Source: Candidatus Poribacteria bacterium (GTDB lineage Bacteria > Poribacteria > WGA-4E > WGA-3G). Taken from it: a DNA stretch of 64,000 bases. Under the pieces are notes generated by a model, which was not told the origin of the DNA, did no database searches, and was given only the letters and a program-made list of their open reading frames with translations. Location of the stretch: positions 288,001 to 352,000 of the forward strand of contig CBDANF010000003.1 of assembly GCA_965197475.1 (NCBI GenBank). The letters run 5' to 3'. Positions 1 through 10,862 of this stretch are shown here, piece by piece (position 1 is the stretch's first letter; each line of letters starts with the position of its first letter). The translations under genes and the position numbers were made by a program.

Positions 1-2816
1 ACCTCCATCAAAAACCGTCGATCCAATTCGTGACGCACCTCATCATGATCGGCTTCATTAAACGGCAACATCCGCTCGTGTTTCATCTCACTGAAAATCT
101 GATCGGCATTCGTCAATGCATCAGCAGAAAGACACCGCACATCTAACGTAGGCAAGGTGTATAATGTCAATTGCGATAACATACCTCGCCCGGGCTGCTG
201 TTTACTGCTATGTTTCCAATGACAAAACAGTCCCAATGTAGTGTTGCACCAGAGCGTCCATGCTATTTCATAACGTGGATTCTCAAAAGCAACATTCTTG
301 ATTAAACTCACTCCCAACGTAGGTCTTTCTGTGAAAAGGGAAACAATAGAATTCGCATTAAAGCGTAAACCCAGATTGTAATGGGCGCGGCTATTTCGTG
401 CAAGGAGCTGCTGCAATTTCGGTCTCCCATCAGAACGGAGGACACCGTGTGAATCAGGTTGCACAACCACCGCCCGTTGTCCAGGAGATGCCACTTTCCA
501 GAGACATGGGTAGTCATCGGTGTCGGTACATCCAGTTCCCATGTCAAATGCACCTCTCCCATTACCGCCAAAAACATCTAAATGTGACATCCCAAGCGTT
601 GCGATGTCCTCAACTTGGCAGATAGGGATATCTATAGGTGTTGTCTGCGTTGGTAACCACAACTCTCCACTTGCTAAACGGTATGCCGCTTGGATTAATT
701 CCATCGCTTTTACACGGGATGCTGCCCATGCCTCGTCTATAGGTAAAGGGCAGTTGAGTAGATGACCAACAGTTTCATCACCTATCTTGAGTTCATCGCC
801 GCCGATTGGGGTATCTTCCATTGTTCGTGTGTTATCTATTCTGAGGATGCCGTTTCCTATTGCCACACTCTCAAGTGCACTCCGTGGTTGATGTAGCAGG
901 GAGATAAACTTCCCACGGCCTGTGTTATCTGCCTTACCTTTTGTCGCTACGACCATACACTCCGCCATTCCGGTATCAGATGAAAAGGTACAACCTGAAG
1001 CTTGGGCGTCTGCGATCGTAACCACAATCACGTCGTGATATTCAGTTGCCCACATGTCCCGAACTTTCTGCCAATGCGGCGAAGCGAGGGCTGTCGCTGG
1101 TAAAATGAATCCCATTGTTGAACTACCGTTGGATTTGAGCATTCTGTCTGCCAAATCAACGAAATAAGAGGCGAGTCCCGCTTGTCCATTGGCGACGCGA
1201 ATATCCTCTTTTCGGAGTATGCGCCGCATTGCGTTTGTATCGGCTTGGGACCGTTCGCTCCCTTCAAACACCGGTTTTGGCATGCTGCTGCCACTATCAG
1301 CGTTCGGTTTGCTGAAGGGCGGATTCTCCACCACAATATCAAACTCGCGATGCCGAAATGCTTCTTGCCGGTTGACAGTGGCATCCCCTTCACCCCCGAC
1401 TTGCCTCGCTTCACTCTCCATGAGATAGAATATCTGCGTTTGCTCAGGCTCATTGAGAAGATCCAGGGCACCGAGGGCGTAACTACCATCTGCCTGTTTT
1501 CCGTAAGGGAGTGTATGAATCCGGGTCCGCCCGATCCTCTTATCGGGGTAGGTGCTGGTGAGGAGCGAAGCGGTGAGATGGCTGGCGTTCGGCATAATAT
1601 CACATCCACCGATATTGTGTTCCATCATGCTGCTGTGAATTTCTGCCCCGATGCCGCCTGCTTGTTCGTGCATGTTGAGAATGCGCTGGTATATACCGTT
1701 GAGGAGGGCTCCAGTACCGCATGCAAAATCCGCCACCTTCAACGTATGGACCGCGGGTGTATCGTTTGCGTGAGCCTGAGGGACCATGGGAAGTACCAAT
1801 GTGGATAAAAGTGCTACGGCCTCAGGGCGGGTATAGTTTGCCTTAATATATTTTCGATCGATAATGAGGCGTTGGAAGACGATGCCTGCTAATTCGTGGA
1901 CTTGGGTAATGCCTCCACTGACTAATTCGTGTGCTGCACGACAGAGGATAGACAGGACTCTGTTGACCAATTTGTCATCGGTTGCGATCACGTGTACAAG
2001 CTGGCGCGCAACATCAAAGATGTGCCGATAGTTGATCTCGTGAATAATATTCCAATCTTTCAGGACATCACTATAATTAACAGGTGTTGTATCTGTGGTG
2101 AGCTGCGCAAGAGAGGATACTTGTTCCATTTCAGGCTTGCCCGCGAGAGAGCTCTGGAAAACGAAAGCGTTGGTAATAATCAGCATCGCCATCCGGGTAG
2201 TTTGCTCACCGTGTTGCTGGTGGAGGATGTTACCGATCGCCGCGCCGATGCTAGGGCGCGTTTCAATTGCGGCTTCCAACAGAAGCGCAGCTTGGTTGAT
2301 TCGATGTTCTAGCAATGCTGCAGATTCCTGAATCCTTGAATTCGGCGTTGCCCCAAGTTGGAGTGCCATGGCTACATCGCCGATTGTGCCTCCCGCCCAT
2401 CCTTCATGCGGGAACCTGTTGGTTTCCGATCCATCCCTACTAAGTAGAACATAGTGAATATCATCCGCCTGTCGGAGTTCCTGTTCAAGGTCCCGACGTT
2501 CGACTTGTAGGAAGCGCGCGGGAATGCGGAGTGCCATAGCAGTGGTAAGCGTCTCTGCCATCATATTCGGTGCGGGTAAGAGTTCCTCACCGAGGTGTTG
2601 AAATGCTTGCGGTTCACCACGTATATTCGGGCTTTTGCCATCAAGTTTGACTTCAATAGCGACAGGTTCACGCCCGAGTTCAGTTACAAAGACATCGGGA
2701 CATTTCTGATTGTTTTTGAAAGGCCGTGCTTGCTCTGCAAGGGTCCAAGTACTCCGCATCCTATTGAAGATATCTACCAGCTTTGTTGTAATTGTGTTTT
2801 CGTGTTGTCTTGACAT
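1..2816 (-). CDS. Type IIG-like restriction endonuclease / N6-adenine methyltransferase fusion (3' end beyond window)
   Basis: Manual translation from the ATG at 2816 gives MSRQHENTITTKLV..., a nuclease-like PD..(D/E)xK motif 'PDVFVTELGREPVAIEVK', SAM-binding motif I 'VADFACGTGALL' and motif IV 'FDIVVENPPF'. The same frame reads ...ELDRRFLME at the left edge. Absent from the ORF track, consistent with no stop in the window. Confidence 0.85.
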   Translation of the reverse strand, partial: MSRQHENTITTKLVDIFNRMRSTWTLAEQARPFKNNQKCPDVFVTELGREPVAIEVKLDGKSPNIRGEPQAFQHLGEELLPAPNMMAETLTTAMALRIPARFLQVERRDLEQELRQADDIHYVLLSRDGSETNRFPHEGWAGGTIGDVAMALQLGATPNSRIQESAALLEHRINQAALLLEAAIETRPSIGAAIGNILHQQHGEQTTRMAMLIITNAFVFQSSLAGKPEMEQVSSLAQLTTDTTPVNYSDVLKDWNIIHEINYRHIFDVARQLVHVIATDDKLVNRVLSILCRAAHELVSGGITQVHELAGIVFQRLIIDRKYIKANYTRPEAVALLSTLVLPMVPQAHANDTPAVHTLKVADFACGTGALLNGIYQRILNMHEQAGGIGAEIHSSMMEHNIGGCDIMPNASHLTASLLTSTYPDKRIGRTRIHTLPYGKQADGSYALGALDLLNEPEQTQIFYLMESEARQVGGEGDATVNRQEAFRHREFDIVVENPPFSKPNADSGSSMPKPVFEGSERSQADTNAMRRILRKEDIRVANGQAGLASYFVDLADRMLKSNGSSTMGFILPATALASPHWQKVRDMWATEYHDVIVVTIADAQASGCTFSSDTGMAECMVVATKGKADNTGRGKFISLLHQPRSALESVAIGNGILRIDNTRTMEDTPIGGDELKIGDETVGHLLNCPLPIDEAWAASRVKAMELIQAAYRLASGELWLPTQTTPIDIPICQVEDIATLGMSHLDVFGGNGRGAFDMGTGCTDTDDYPCLWKVASPGQRAVVVQPDSHGVLRSDGRPKLQQLLARNSRAHYNLGLRFNANSIVSLFTERPTLGVSLIKNVAFENPRYEIAWTLWCNTTLGLFCHWKHSSKQQPGRGMLSQLTLYTLPTLDVRCLSADALTNADQIFSEMKHERMLPFNEADHDEVRHELDRRFLME

Positions 2817-2821
2817 GTTAC

Positions 2822-5800
2822 CTATTCCACTTTCGGCAAGGTTGGCAGTGTTAAGCTTGGTCGGTTGCCGAAATCAGGGAGTTCGGGTGGATTATCTTCC
2901 ATCTCTTGGAGGAGAATCTCTATTGCCTTATCAAGTTGTGGGTCACCTTCTGCGATGTAATCCTGCGGACGATAATCTACTTCAATGTCCGGATCGGTGC
3001 CGTAGTTCTCAACGCTCCAACCAACATCAACGAACCAGAAAGAATACTCAGGTTGCGTAGTTGAACCGCCATCTACAAACCCTTGATGCGGTGAGATACC
3101 AATAACGCCACCCCATGTTCGCTTACCGATGAGTTTTCCTAACTTCATCAATTTGAAGCAGTGAGAAAAGATGTCGCCATCAGACCCTGCATTTTCATTA
3201 GTGACAGTCACCATCGGACCTAACACGGAAGCGGCGGGGTAAGGGTTCGGTGTGCCCCATCGTGGAACAGCATATCCAATGCGGTGACGAGACAACTTTT
3301 CTAAAATCAGTTGTGAAACATTTCCACCTCCGTTATAACGGACATCAATAAGCAGCCCCGGATAGCTAACTTCAGCGAGGTAACCACGATGAAACTCTGC
3401 ATATCCACGTCTTCCCATGTCGGGAATGTGAACGTACCCGACTTTGCCATCCGTTTTTTCGTGGACGTATTTCCGATTTTGTGCAACCCATTCGCGGTAT
3501 CGCAATTCGCCTTCACCGCCGAGTACCTTGATTGTGACAACGCGTTTTTCACCATCGTTGGCGTTTTTAAACGTGGTTTGAACCTCTTGTCCCGCCAGGT
3601 TGACTAATAGTTCGCCTGGAGAAACATTTTGGCTCACCTGTTGCCCGCCGATAGAAAGGAGAACGTCTCCTTCTTGGACGTTGACCCCAGGTGCGTTAAG
3701 CGGTGAATCCCTTCTCTCGCTCCATGTATCGCCACGCACGATGTGCGTGATACGGTAGCCGTTGTTTTCTGAATCGTAAACAAAATCAGCACCAAGGAAT
3801 CCCTGTGAGTAGTTTGGTGAGCTGCGATAATCGCCACCGGATTCATACGCGTGTGAGGTGCCAAGTTCTCCTTGCATCTCCCACATCAGATCAGAAAATT
3901 CGGCACGGGTTGCAACCCGATCAAGTAAAGGGAGGTAACGTTGGTATACATTTTCCCAATCAACATTGGACATATCCTCAGTCCAAAAATAATCGCGCTG
4001 TAGTCGCCATGCTTCGCGATACATCTGTGTCCATTCAGATGAAGGGATAACAGAGGGTTTGATACGGTTAACATCTATCCAACCACTGTGTCGGTTAGTG
4101 CCGCCTTTGTTTTCAGATTTTGAGTCATCCTCGGCTTTTCTCCCAGCTTTGATCACACGTAACCGATCACCGGTGCGATACACAAGGTTCTTGTTGTCTC
4201 GCGAAAGTTGGAAAGAGTCGATATCTGAAGCGAGAACTTCCTTCTTCTGTTCTTTGAAATCGTAAGCGTGGAGTTTCCCTTTAGCACTTGAACCTTCTTC
4301 ACCGGGTGAGTTTTGTGCATGCTGAACAGGAAAAGATGTGAAAATCGCTTTACCCTCAACACCAGCGATCTGTCTGTAACGTCCATGTGAATATGGAAAA
4401 GCGATAACGCGTTGTTCAATACCGTCTAACGCAATGGCAATCGGTTTTTTCTTTTTCTCATCTTTTTTCTCTTTAGAATCATCCTCTTTTTCGCTAACCT
4501 TTTCTTCGGTATCCTTGTCATCTTTTTCCTTCTTTTCCTTATCCTTTTCATCATCAGGAGGTGGAGTAGCAGGTAAAAAAGGATTCCGTAATTCTTTCTG
4601 CAGTGCTACCAGCAGTGGACGCGTAGCTGTAGGAAATCCGAGATCAAAGTGAAGTGCGTCACTGACCGGATCAAATTCGCGATGTGAGAGAAAATACAAG
4701 TATTTTCCGTCCGGATCCCATGCAGGTGCGAAATCCCTGAATTCAGGTTGGGTAACATACCACGTTTCTCCAGTTTCGACTTTGCAGAGTTTAATTGAAG
4801 ATGTGGTCTCTGTGGAAGGAAAACTATAGGCGATCCATTTACCATCGGGCGACCAACTTGTGCCTTGGATGCGATTGTATAGGCTTTTGTCAAGCACTCG
4901 AAATTCTGGTGTTTCGAGTTCAATATGCAAAAGTTCAAAACGGTGATTAACGATGAGGAGTTGGTCTTTCAGTTTATCGCCAGGGGGACAGACTGCGAGT
5001 TGTCGAACGTGTCCAATGTCAAGATCGTCAAGACGGCGCACCTCTTCACTACCGTCGCAGGTATGAATTTCAAGTGCTTCTTCTCCATCAGCATCGGAAA
5101 GCGTCAGGACGCGTTTCCCATCGTTAAGCCATCGTGTCATTCGGTAGCGGGTGCCGTTACGCATACCTTGCTGGAGAACAGCACCGTCCCAATTTGCCAT
5201 CGTGAATAGTTTGCCACGGGCAGTTAAAGCAATAGATCGACCATCAGCGGATGGTGCATATTCTTGCAGATACCTTGATGCATTAACGAATTTGCGTTGT
5301 CTCTGGATGCGCGGACTGAGGAATCCAACATCAACTTGGTAATTGGTATCACTTTCAATTTCGTACATCCATAGGTCTGCGCCTGCATGATAAACGATGC
5401 GGGTGTCGTCTGTTTGCGCGGAGCGACAGTAGTAGGTTTCTTGATGTGTGTGACGTTGGATGTCCTCACCAGAAGTAAGGCAGGAGTAAATGTTTCCAAT
5501 ACCTTCGTGGTCGGAGATAAAGTAGATACGATCACCAATCCACATCGGTGTGGTAAAATTACTATCAACCGGCGCAAAAGGTTGAAATTGTCCGTCTCCA
5601 TTTACATCTATCCAGAGTTGACCGGCTGTTCCACCACGATAGCGTTTCCATCTTGCGGGATCTCGTGTTAACCTGCCGAGTATAACGCCGCCATCATTTC
5701 CGAATGCGATATGGTTAGCGGGTCCGTAGGAGAGACGTTGTGGTTCACCTCCATCAGCGGAGATGCTCCATATCCATGCGCCAAACGCTGATCCTGCCCC

Positions 5801-6109
5801 ACTAGTATAAAGTATGTTTTCTCCATCAGAATCCCAACCGACAATACTGGCATTACTTCCCTGATAGGTAAGTCGTTTTGCTTCGCCGCCGAGTGCGGGC
5901 ATGACGTAAACTTCTGACGGACCTTCCTCTCGACCTGCAAATGCAAGATGTTCGCCATTTGCGGATAACTGGGGGGAGCCTGTTGCACCAAGATTTGATG
6001 TGAGCCTTCGGGCAACACCGCCACTGATTGGGACCGTCCACAAATCATCTTCACAAACAAAAACAATGGTTTCCTGAGAAATTGTTGGGAATCGATAATA
6101 TCCTGACAT
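2822..6109 (-). CDS. Tricorn protease (peptidase S41; beta-propellers, PDZ, catalytic domain)
   Basis: 1095 aa; N-terminal GYYRFPT and propeller repeats; 'GELGTSHAY', 'IDVRYNGGG' and the catalytic Ser motif 'AGSDGDIFS'; no signal peptide. Confidence 0.95.
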   Translation of the reverse strand: MSGYYRFPTISQETIVFVCEDDLWTVPISGGVARRLTSNLGATGSPQLSANGEHLAFAGREEGPSEVYVMPALGGEAKRLTYQGSNASIVGWDSDGENILYTSGAGSAFGAWIWSISADGGEPQRLSYGPANHIAFGNDGGVILGRLTRDPARWKRYRGGTAGQLWIDVNGDGQFQPFAPVDSNFTTPMWIGDRIYFISDHEGIGNIYSCLTSGEDIQRHTHQETYYCRSAQTDDTRIVYHAGADLWMYEIESDTNYQVDVGFLSPRIQRQRKFVNASRYLQEYAPSADGRSIALTARGKLFTMANWDGAVLQQGMRNGTRYRMTRWLNDGKRVLTLSDADGEEALEIHTCDGSEEVRRLDDLDIGHVRQLAVCPPGDKLKDQLLIVNHRFELLHIELETPEFRVLDKSLYNRIQGTSWSPDGKWIAYSFPSTETTSSIKLCKVETGETWYVTQPEFRDFAPAWDPDGKYLYFLSHREFDPVSDALHFDLGFPTATRPLLVALQKELRNPFLPATPPPDDEKDKEKKEKDDKDTEEKVSEKEDDSKEKKDEKKKKPIAIALDGIEQRVIAFPYSHGRYRQIAGVEGKAIFTSFPVQHAQNSPGEEGSSAKGKLHAYDFKEQKKEVLASDIDSFQLSRDNKNLVYRTGDRLRVIKAGRKAEDDSKSENKGGTNRHSGWIDVNRIKPSVIPSSEWTQMYREAWRLQRDYFWTEDMSNVDWENVYQRYLPLLDRVATRAEFSDLMWEMQGELGTSHAYESGGDYRSSPNYSQGFLGADFVYDSENNGYRITHIVRGDTWSERRDSPLNAPGVNVQEGDVLLSIGGQQVSQNVSPGELLVNLAGQEVQTTFKNANDGEKRVVTIKVLGGEGELRYREWVAQNRKYVHEKTDGKVGYVHIPDMGRRGYAEFHRGYLAEVSYPGLLIDVRYNGGGNVSQLILEKLSRHRIGYAVPRWGTPNPYPAASVLGPMVTVTNENAGSDGDIFSHCFKLMKLGKLIGKRTWGGVIGISPHQGFVDGGSTTQPEYSFWFVDVGWSVENYGTDPDIEVDYRPQDYIAEGDPQLDKAIEILLQEMEDNPPELPDFGNRPSLTLPTLPKVE

Positions 6110-6497
6110 TTACACCTCCACAGATGAAGTTAGAATTAATTGAGGATGTTCATAATTATTTGGCGTAGCAACATAGGCAGTAGCACACTTCAGGCACCTG
6201 TTCATTATAGGAAGGTTCCCGTTGGTAGTCGCGCAATTCATCGCTAAATCAACGCTAAGTGCGCGTATAGTATTTGTCGCCTCTTTGAATGGGTTACGGA
6301 GAACCCGCGGAGCGTACCTACTACTTTTAAGCGCACATTCACATCGAATTATCCATGCGCCCTCAATAATTGAGTAGAACAAGGTTAAAAAAGTAAAAGG
6401 CGAGGCACCAAATTAACGCTGAATGCAGGTAGCATTCGGTGAATACCTCGCCCTATAGTTATCTGAGCATGGCGCGGAATAGAAGGAGGAAGAAGAA

Positions 6498-9497
6498 TTA
6501 ATTTCCCTCTAAATTTGCCTGCTTATCAGAATCGGGTGGGTTGCCGAGCCAGAGTTCTACAGCCGGACTGCTTGCAATACGCCGATTTCCAACTGAAGCG
6601 TTAATGACAAAGGTATACGGCCTTGTCTGTTTATTTCCAATGAATGGGTTTCGTCGTATTTCGTTCCTTCCACTGGTGATAATGTTCGGAACAAGCGTTA
6701 TTGTTGCTTCGGACGTGCCTCTACGGAGTACGGTTGTTTGTCGCTGGAGCCTCACACCAACCGGCAAACCAACTACAGTCAAATTCATGTTTTGTCGGTT
6801 ACCTCTCCTACGATCAACTTTCACGGTAATATCAACCGGTCCGTCTGGGGTAACGACGACTTCGTTAGGAGTAGCAGATACAATAATAGGTGAAGACTCC
6901 GTTACACTGACGACAATGTTTTTGCGCTGAACAGTCCGATCATTGTTCCGAATTTGATATACCTGCACGGGAGATGCGGCACGCCGGATTTGATGTCCGG
7001 ATGTTGTGGTAACAATGCCGACTACCTCGACAACACTATGTGCTAAGTCAGCACCTGGTGCAGCCGTTAAGGTTAGATAACCTTGGTCATTTCCGCCTTC
7101 AGATAGAATTGCACTCTGACTCGCAGTGATCCCGGGTGGAAGATTCTCAACGGAGAGCAGGATCGGTTCTGTAAATCCGACTCGACGTTGTAATGTCACA
7201 TCTAACAGCACTGTACCGCCACGACCAATATTTGGGTTATCGGGTGTTACCGAGATAGCAAAATCCGGGGAGGTTGGACGGACATCTAAGTGATAAACAT
7301 AACCTGCCCCACCTTTACCGGAAACATCTTCAACGCGGAGTGCATAGTCACCAGGCCGAGCAAAACTGTAATCAATAATCGCATTCCGTCTTCCACCCCT
7401 GCCAGCGTTATTTCTTAACACTCTGCCTTCAGCATTCAACAAGGTTAAGGAAGGACTCAGTGGCGAGTTCAGGTTTTCTGCGGATAGATCAATAGAATAA
7501 CCGCCGATGTCAGCGAAGAATCCCCAAGGCCCGTAACCGTTTGTGATCTTGAAAAGAATTTTGTTGCGACCTTTGGATACTGGTAACTCAATAACATCGT
7601 CCCCTCGGCTGAGAGCCCGATGTACATATTTACTGAAGATCAATTGATCGTTCACCCATATCTTAATCGTGTCGTCGGAACCGAGGGATAAGAGATACTT
7701 CTGGTCTCGCTCTGATTCAAAGTAGGTCAAAGCGTATCCGGTAACATCGTCTTCTGGGACATTAGAGAATACGTTTTGGCCTCTGTTGTTGGTCTTATAC
7801 CATTTTATTTTCCGCCCATCTTTACCGATATATTCTTTTTCAAGATCAATTTTAACCTCAGGCGGATAGACGGTATCAAACCCTTTTTCATCTGCATTAT
7901 CAAACGGGTGGATAACCCACCAAGGTCCGAGACGAGAGCCTTCTTCGATCGTAAAGCGATAATAGTCCACCTCCCCCGGTTCAGAAATACGTCCACTTAT
8001 TGCACCAGGAGTGGTAATGCGTTGGGAACTCTCAATCCGTTTTGCGATGAGCTGCCCCATACGGACAACCTCCTCAGCAACGAAGGCGATAATGCGATCG
8101 CGCTCAGTAAGTGTGATGTCTGCGTTGTCTTTCTCTGCCATGCGTGTGATAGTGTTTTCCCACTGCTCAGCGGTTAGGGCGCGATTTTCTGGGGAACGAA
8201 GTTCGTGGCATGCAGTGCATTTTGTTTGGAAAATAATTTCGGACTCGGTGTTCTTCGCTTGACCTTCGTTTTCTTCAGAAGTGTCTGAAGTCTCGTTATG
8301 AGCAATATTCTCAGGTGCAAGTTCAACATCCTCAGAATATTCGTTCGCGATGAATGGAAAGATACCATAGGATGTGCGAATGAGTTTGACCCCTGGCTGT
8401 TGATCGCTTGGTAATTCAACTTCCCACTTTGTTTCTGGGAGGTTTTCGCCCCCAATTGTTGTTTCAATTGTGTTTCCAATTTTTCCGCCCGTTGGGAAAA
8501 TATAGGTGTTGTAGGGGACAACACCACTCGTCAAACGGTAAACAGAATCTGGATTGCCACGAAAGAGTAGGTCACGGACACGTAGAGAATAGATGCCATC
8601 TTCGGGCAGCGTGAAGTCAATAAGCGGGTCAAGACTGTAGAACCCATTACTGCGAGCAAGTTCCTTGCCTTGCACATCAAAAAGTGAGATTGTTGGATTG
8701 AAAAACTGTTGACTGATGTTGTTATATCGATACGCTTTCACGTTGAAAACGCAGCGATCACCTTTTGTTCCGTTAAAGGTGTAAAAATCTTCATCACCAC
8801 CTGGATTAACAACGCCATTGATGATGATAGGCAATTCTATGGCAGTGGCATCTTCAGGGAGGTTGTTAGATTCAGTTTCAAAAATGTCATCTACATCAGT
8901 GATTTCAAAGGGCCATGCAGTAGATGCACCGTTTTTACCAACGATACGGATTTCACGCACACCGATTGGGGCATCGGACGCGATGACTAACTCTGCTGTC
9001 ATCCCGCCACTTGCTCTTGCAGCGGATTTTAAGTAGCGAACGATTTTGGTTTGATCATCCTCACTGATTTCCGCGCCTTTGTTCCGAACCATGCGTTGGA
9101 CGACAGATGCCCACTGTGTTGCAGTCATAGAACGGTTACTCGGGGAACGGAGTTCATGACATTGACCGCAATTCGCTTTGAAAACAGGTTTATGTGTTTC
9201 ATCAACTTCCCCACCACCAGCGTTGAGTTTGCCAGTAATGCCGGGTTCACCTTCAACAATGAGGGTATGCGCGCCATCCAAATCTGAACCTTGAATTTTC
9301 ACCTCAACGGTCTTTCCTACTTGTGCTCCCGTCGGAAAGAGAGAATTCAGTCGTGGTGTGGCTTGTGCAAAGACGGAAAGCGGCGCACCCATTGAAACAA
9401 GAAGCAACAGATGCAGAAGAGGTTTCAAATACCGCCTTGATCGCGAATTGAGGCGTTGATTTGGATAGAAATGGTTATTTTTTTTGTTGACATACAT
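6498..9497 (-). CDS. Secreted PPC (pre-peptidase C-terminal-like) repeat protein with two c-type heme (CxxCH) inserts and a possible PA14-like domain
   Basis: GGAGGT before ATG 9497; signal peptide; 'SLFPTGAQVGKTVEV', 'ETESNN', 'DEDFYTF', 'DPLIDFTLPEDGIYSLRVRD'; CGQCH and CTACH, each followed by ELRSPxNRxxTAxQW; 'LGSDDTIKIWVND'. Confidence 0.8.
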   Translation of the reverse strand: MYVNKKNNHFYPNQRLNSRSRRYLKPLLHLLLLVSMGAPLSVFAQATPRLNSLFPTGAQVGKTVEVKIQGSDLDGAHTLIVEGEPGITGKLNAGGGEVDETHKPVFKANCGQCHELRSPSNRSMTATQWASVVQRMVRNKGAEISEDDQTKIVRYLKSAARASGGMTAELVIASDAPIGVREIRIVGKNGASTAWPFEITDVDDIFETESNNLPEDATAIELPIIINGVVNPGGDEDFYTFNGTKGDRCVFNVKAYRYNNISQQFFNPTISLFDVQGKELARSNGFYSLDPLIDFTLPEDGIYSLRVRDLLFRGNPDSVYRLTSGVVPYNTYIFPTGGKIGNTIETTIGGENLPETKWEVELPSDQQPGVKLIRTSYGIFPFIANEYSEDVELAPENIAHNETSDTSEENEGQAKNTESEIIFQTKCTACHELRSPENRALTAEQWENTITRMAEKDNADITLTERDRIIAFVAEEVVRMGQLIAKRIESSQRITTPGAISGRISEPGEVDYYRFTIEEGSRLGPWWVIHPFDNADEKGFDTVYPPEVKIDLEKEYIGKDGRKIKWYKTNNRGQNVFSNVPEDDVTGYALTYFESERDQKYLLSLGSDDTIKIWVNDQLIFSKYVHRALSRGDDVIELPVSKGRNKILFKITNGYGPWGFFADIGGYSIDLSAENLNSPLSPSLTLLNAEGRVLRNNAGRGGRRNAIIDYSFARPGDYALRVEDVSGKGGAGYVYHLDVRPTSPDFAISVTPDNPNIGRGGTVLLDVTLQRRVGFTEPILLSVENLPPGITASQSAILSEGGNDQGYLTLTAAPGADLAHSVVEVVGIVTTTSGHQIRRAASPVQVYQIRNNDRTVQRKNIVVSVTESSPIIVSATPNEVVVTPDGPVDITVKVDRRRGNRQNMNLTVVGLPVGVRLQRQTTVLRRGTSEATITLVPNIITSGRNEIRRNPFIGNKQTRPYTFVINASVGNRRIASSPAVELWLGNPPDSDKQANLEGN

Positions 9498-9585
9498 GAA
9501 TGTTACCTCCAAAATCAGCACGTAGGGGATACAGATTCGCTAAGACCGCGCATCTCAGCGTTGATTCCCTCCCACAATAATAACG

Positions 9586-10623
9586 TTAGAATTCGTGAGT
9601 TAATTTATTGTTTCTAATACTCCAGATTCGAACTTTTCCATCACGGCCGCCTGCGGCAACTCGATCACCGTCACGACTTATCTGTACGGCATAGACAGCA
9701 TCTGTGGAGTCGTTAAAGGTACGACGGCGGTTGCCGTTGTTGATGTTCCACACAATCACGGAAGTATCAGCACTACCGGAAGCGATAATTTCTTGGTTGT
9801 TCCAAATACCACAATCAACGCTATAGACAGCTCCCTGGTGTCCGTTGAATTGCCGAACGAGTGCACCTCGGGTATTACCGTTGTTGTTTTGGGTGACTCT
9901 CCAGGAGCGGACTACATTATCCGCGGATCCTGAAACGATAAGGTTTTCTTGTGTTGCGTAGGCAAGTGAATATACTGAATCGTCGTTACCATCAAAACTG
10001 ACGAGCACCGTATAACTCTCTGGATCCCACACTTTTAAGGTTTTATCTTCGCTACCAGTGACAAAGTAGTTACCGTTTGGATGGTACAGTGTGCAAAGCA
10101 CTCTGCCAACGTGTTGCGTGAGCCATTTTGCTTGATCGTCTATCGGTGTAGCATCATCAAGTTTCTGTAAGTCAATGACAGTACTATATTCGTCCATGCT
10201 TGCTGTGAGTAACTTACCGTTATCGGGACTAATGGCGATAGATTCGATGGTATCGCCGTGAATTTCAAGCGTTTTAATGAGTTCTTCTGAAGCGACATCC
10301 CATAAACGGATTTCACCGCTTTGAGCTGCCATGCCGCCGCTTGCGTACAACATTTTACCATCGGTAGAAAACTTTAGGCATCGTACTCGGCCTGCATGGG
10401 GTTCATAGACACGAGTCATTTCCTGAGTCTCTAAATCCCAGAGTTCTACCCACTGATATTTTCCAACGGCGAGCGTTTTTCCATCAGGACTAAATTGAAG
10501 TGCCCAGATAGGAGACAAAAGTTCCGCTTTTTCCTGTGAGGGTTCATCTGCTTCTGTTATATTTCCGAACAGTGTAAACACCAGGATAGCGAATAAGAAA
10601 AGAGAGTAATTGCGGTTTTTCAT
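9586..10623 (-). CDS. Exported WD40-repeat protein
   Basis: Signal peptide and about seven WD repeats (e.g. HGDTIESIAISPDNGKLLTASMD, SGSADTSVIVWN). Confidence 0.92.
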   Translation of the reverse strand: MKNRNYSLFLFAILVFTLFGNITEADEPSQEKAELLSPIWALQFSPDGKTLAVGKYQWVELWDLETQEMTRVYEPHAGRVRCLKFSTDGKMLYASGGMAAQSGEIRLWDVASEELIKTLEIHGDTIESIAISPDNGKLLTASMDEYSTVIDLQKLDDATPIDDQAKWLTQHVGRVLCTLYHPNGNYFVTGSEDKTLKVWDPESYTVLVSFDGNDDSVYSLAYATQENLIVSGSADNVVRSWRVTQNNNGNTRGALVRQFNGHQGAVYSVDCGIWNNQEIIASGSADTSVIVWNINNGNRRRTFNDSTDAVYAVQISRDGDRVAAGGRDGKVRIWSIRNNKLTHEF

Positions 10624-10682
10624 GGTCTTATCCTAAGTTAACGAGGATGGTTCGTTAGAGATGGAGATAATGGGGAAGGTTT

Positions 10683-10838
10683 GTAGTAGCGGATTGGCAG
10701 TCAGTCGAACGTGCAATAAGTTCTGCTACTACAGGTTACCCGCGCCATCCGTAGATAAGAATTATACACCAACCTCGGTTAGCAGCAGGTAGCACGAGAT
10801 CAACGTCGCAATCGAAACGTTTGTTGACCTCGTACTAC
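10683..10838. repeat. Two GTAG...CTAC REP-like hairpins
   Basis: gtagtagcgga...tctgctactac (10683-10732) and gtagcacgag...ctcgtactac (10789-10838). Confidence 0.6.
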
Positions 10839-10862
10839 AAGTATAGTGGAATGCTATTCTGT

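Noticed and set aside
308-3060. Many short ORFs listed in the track
   Set aside because: They are shadows of the long minus-strand R-M gene and the tricorn 3' end.
6110-6382. 90-aa ORF upstream of tricorn
   Set aside because: Overlaps REP-like intergenic repeats; no RBS or motif.
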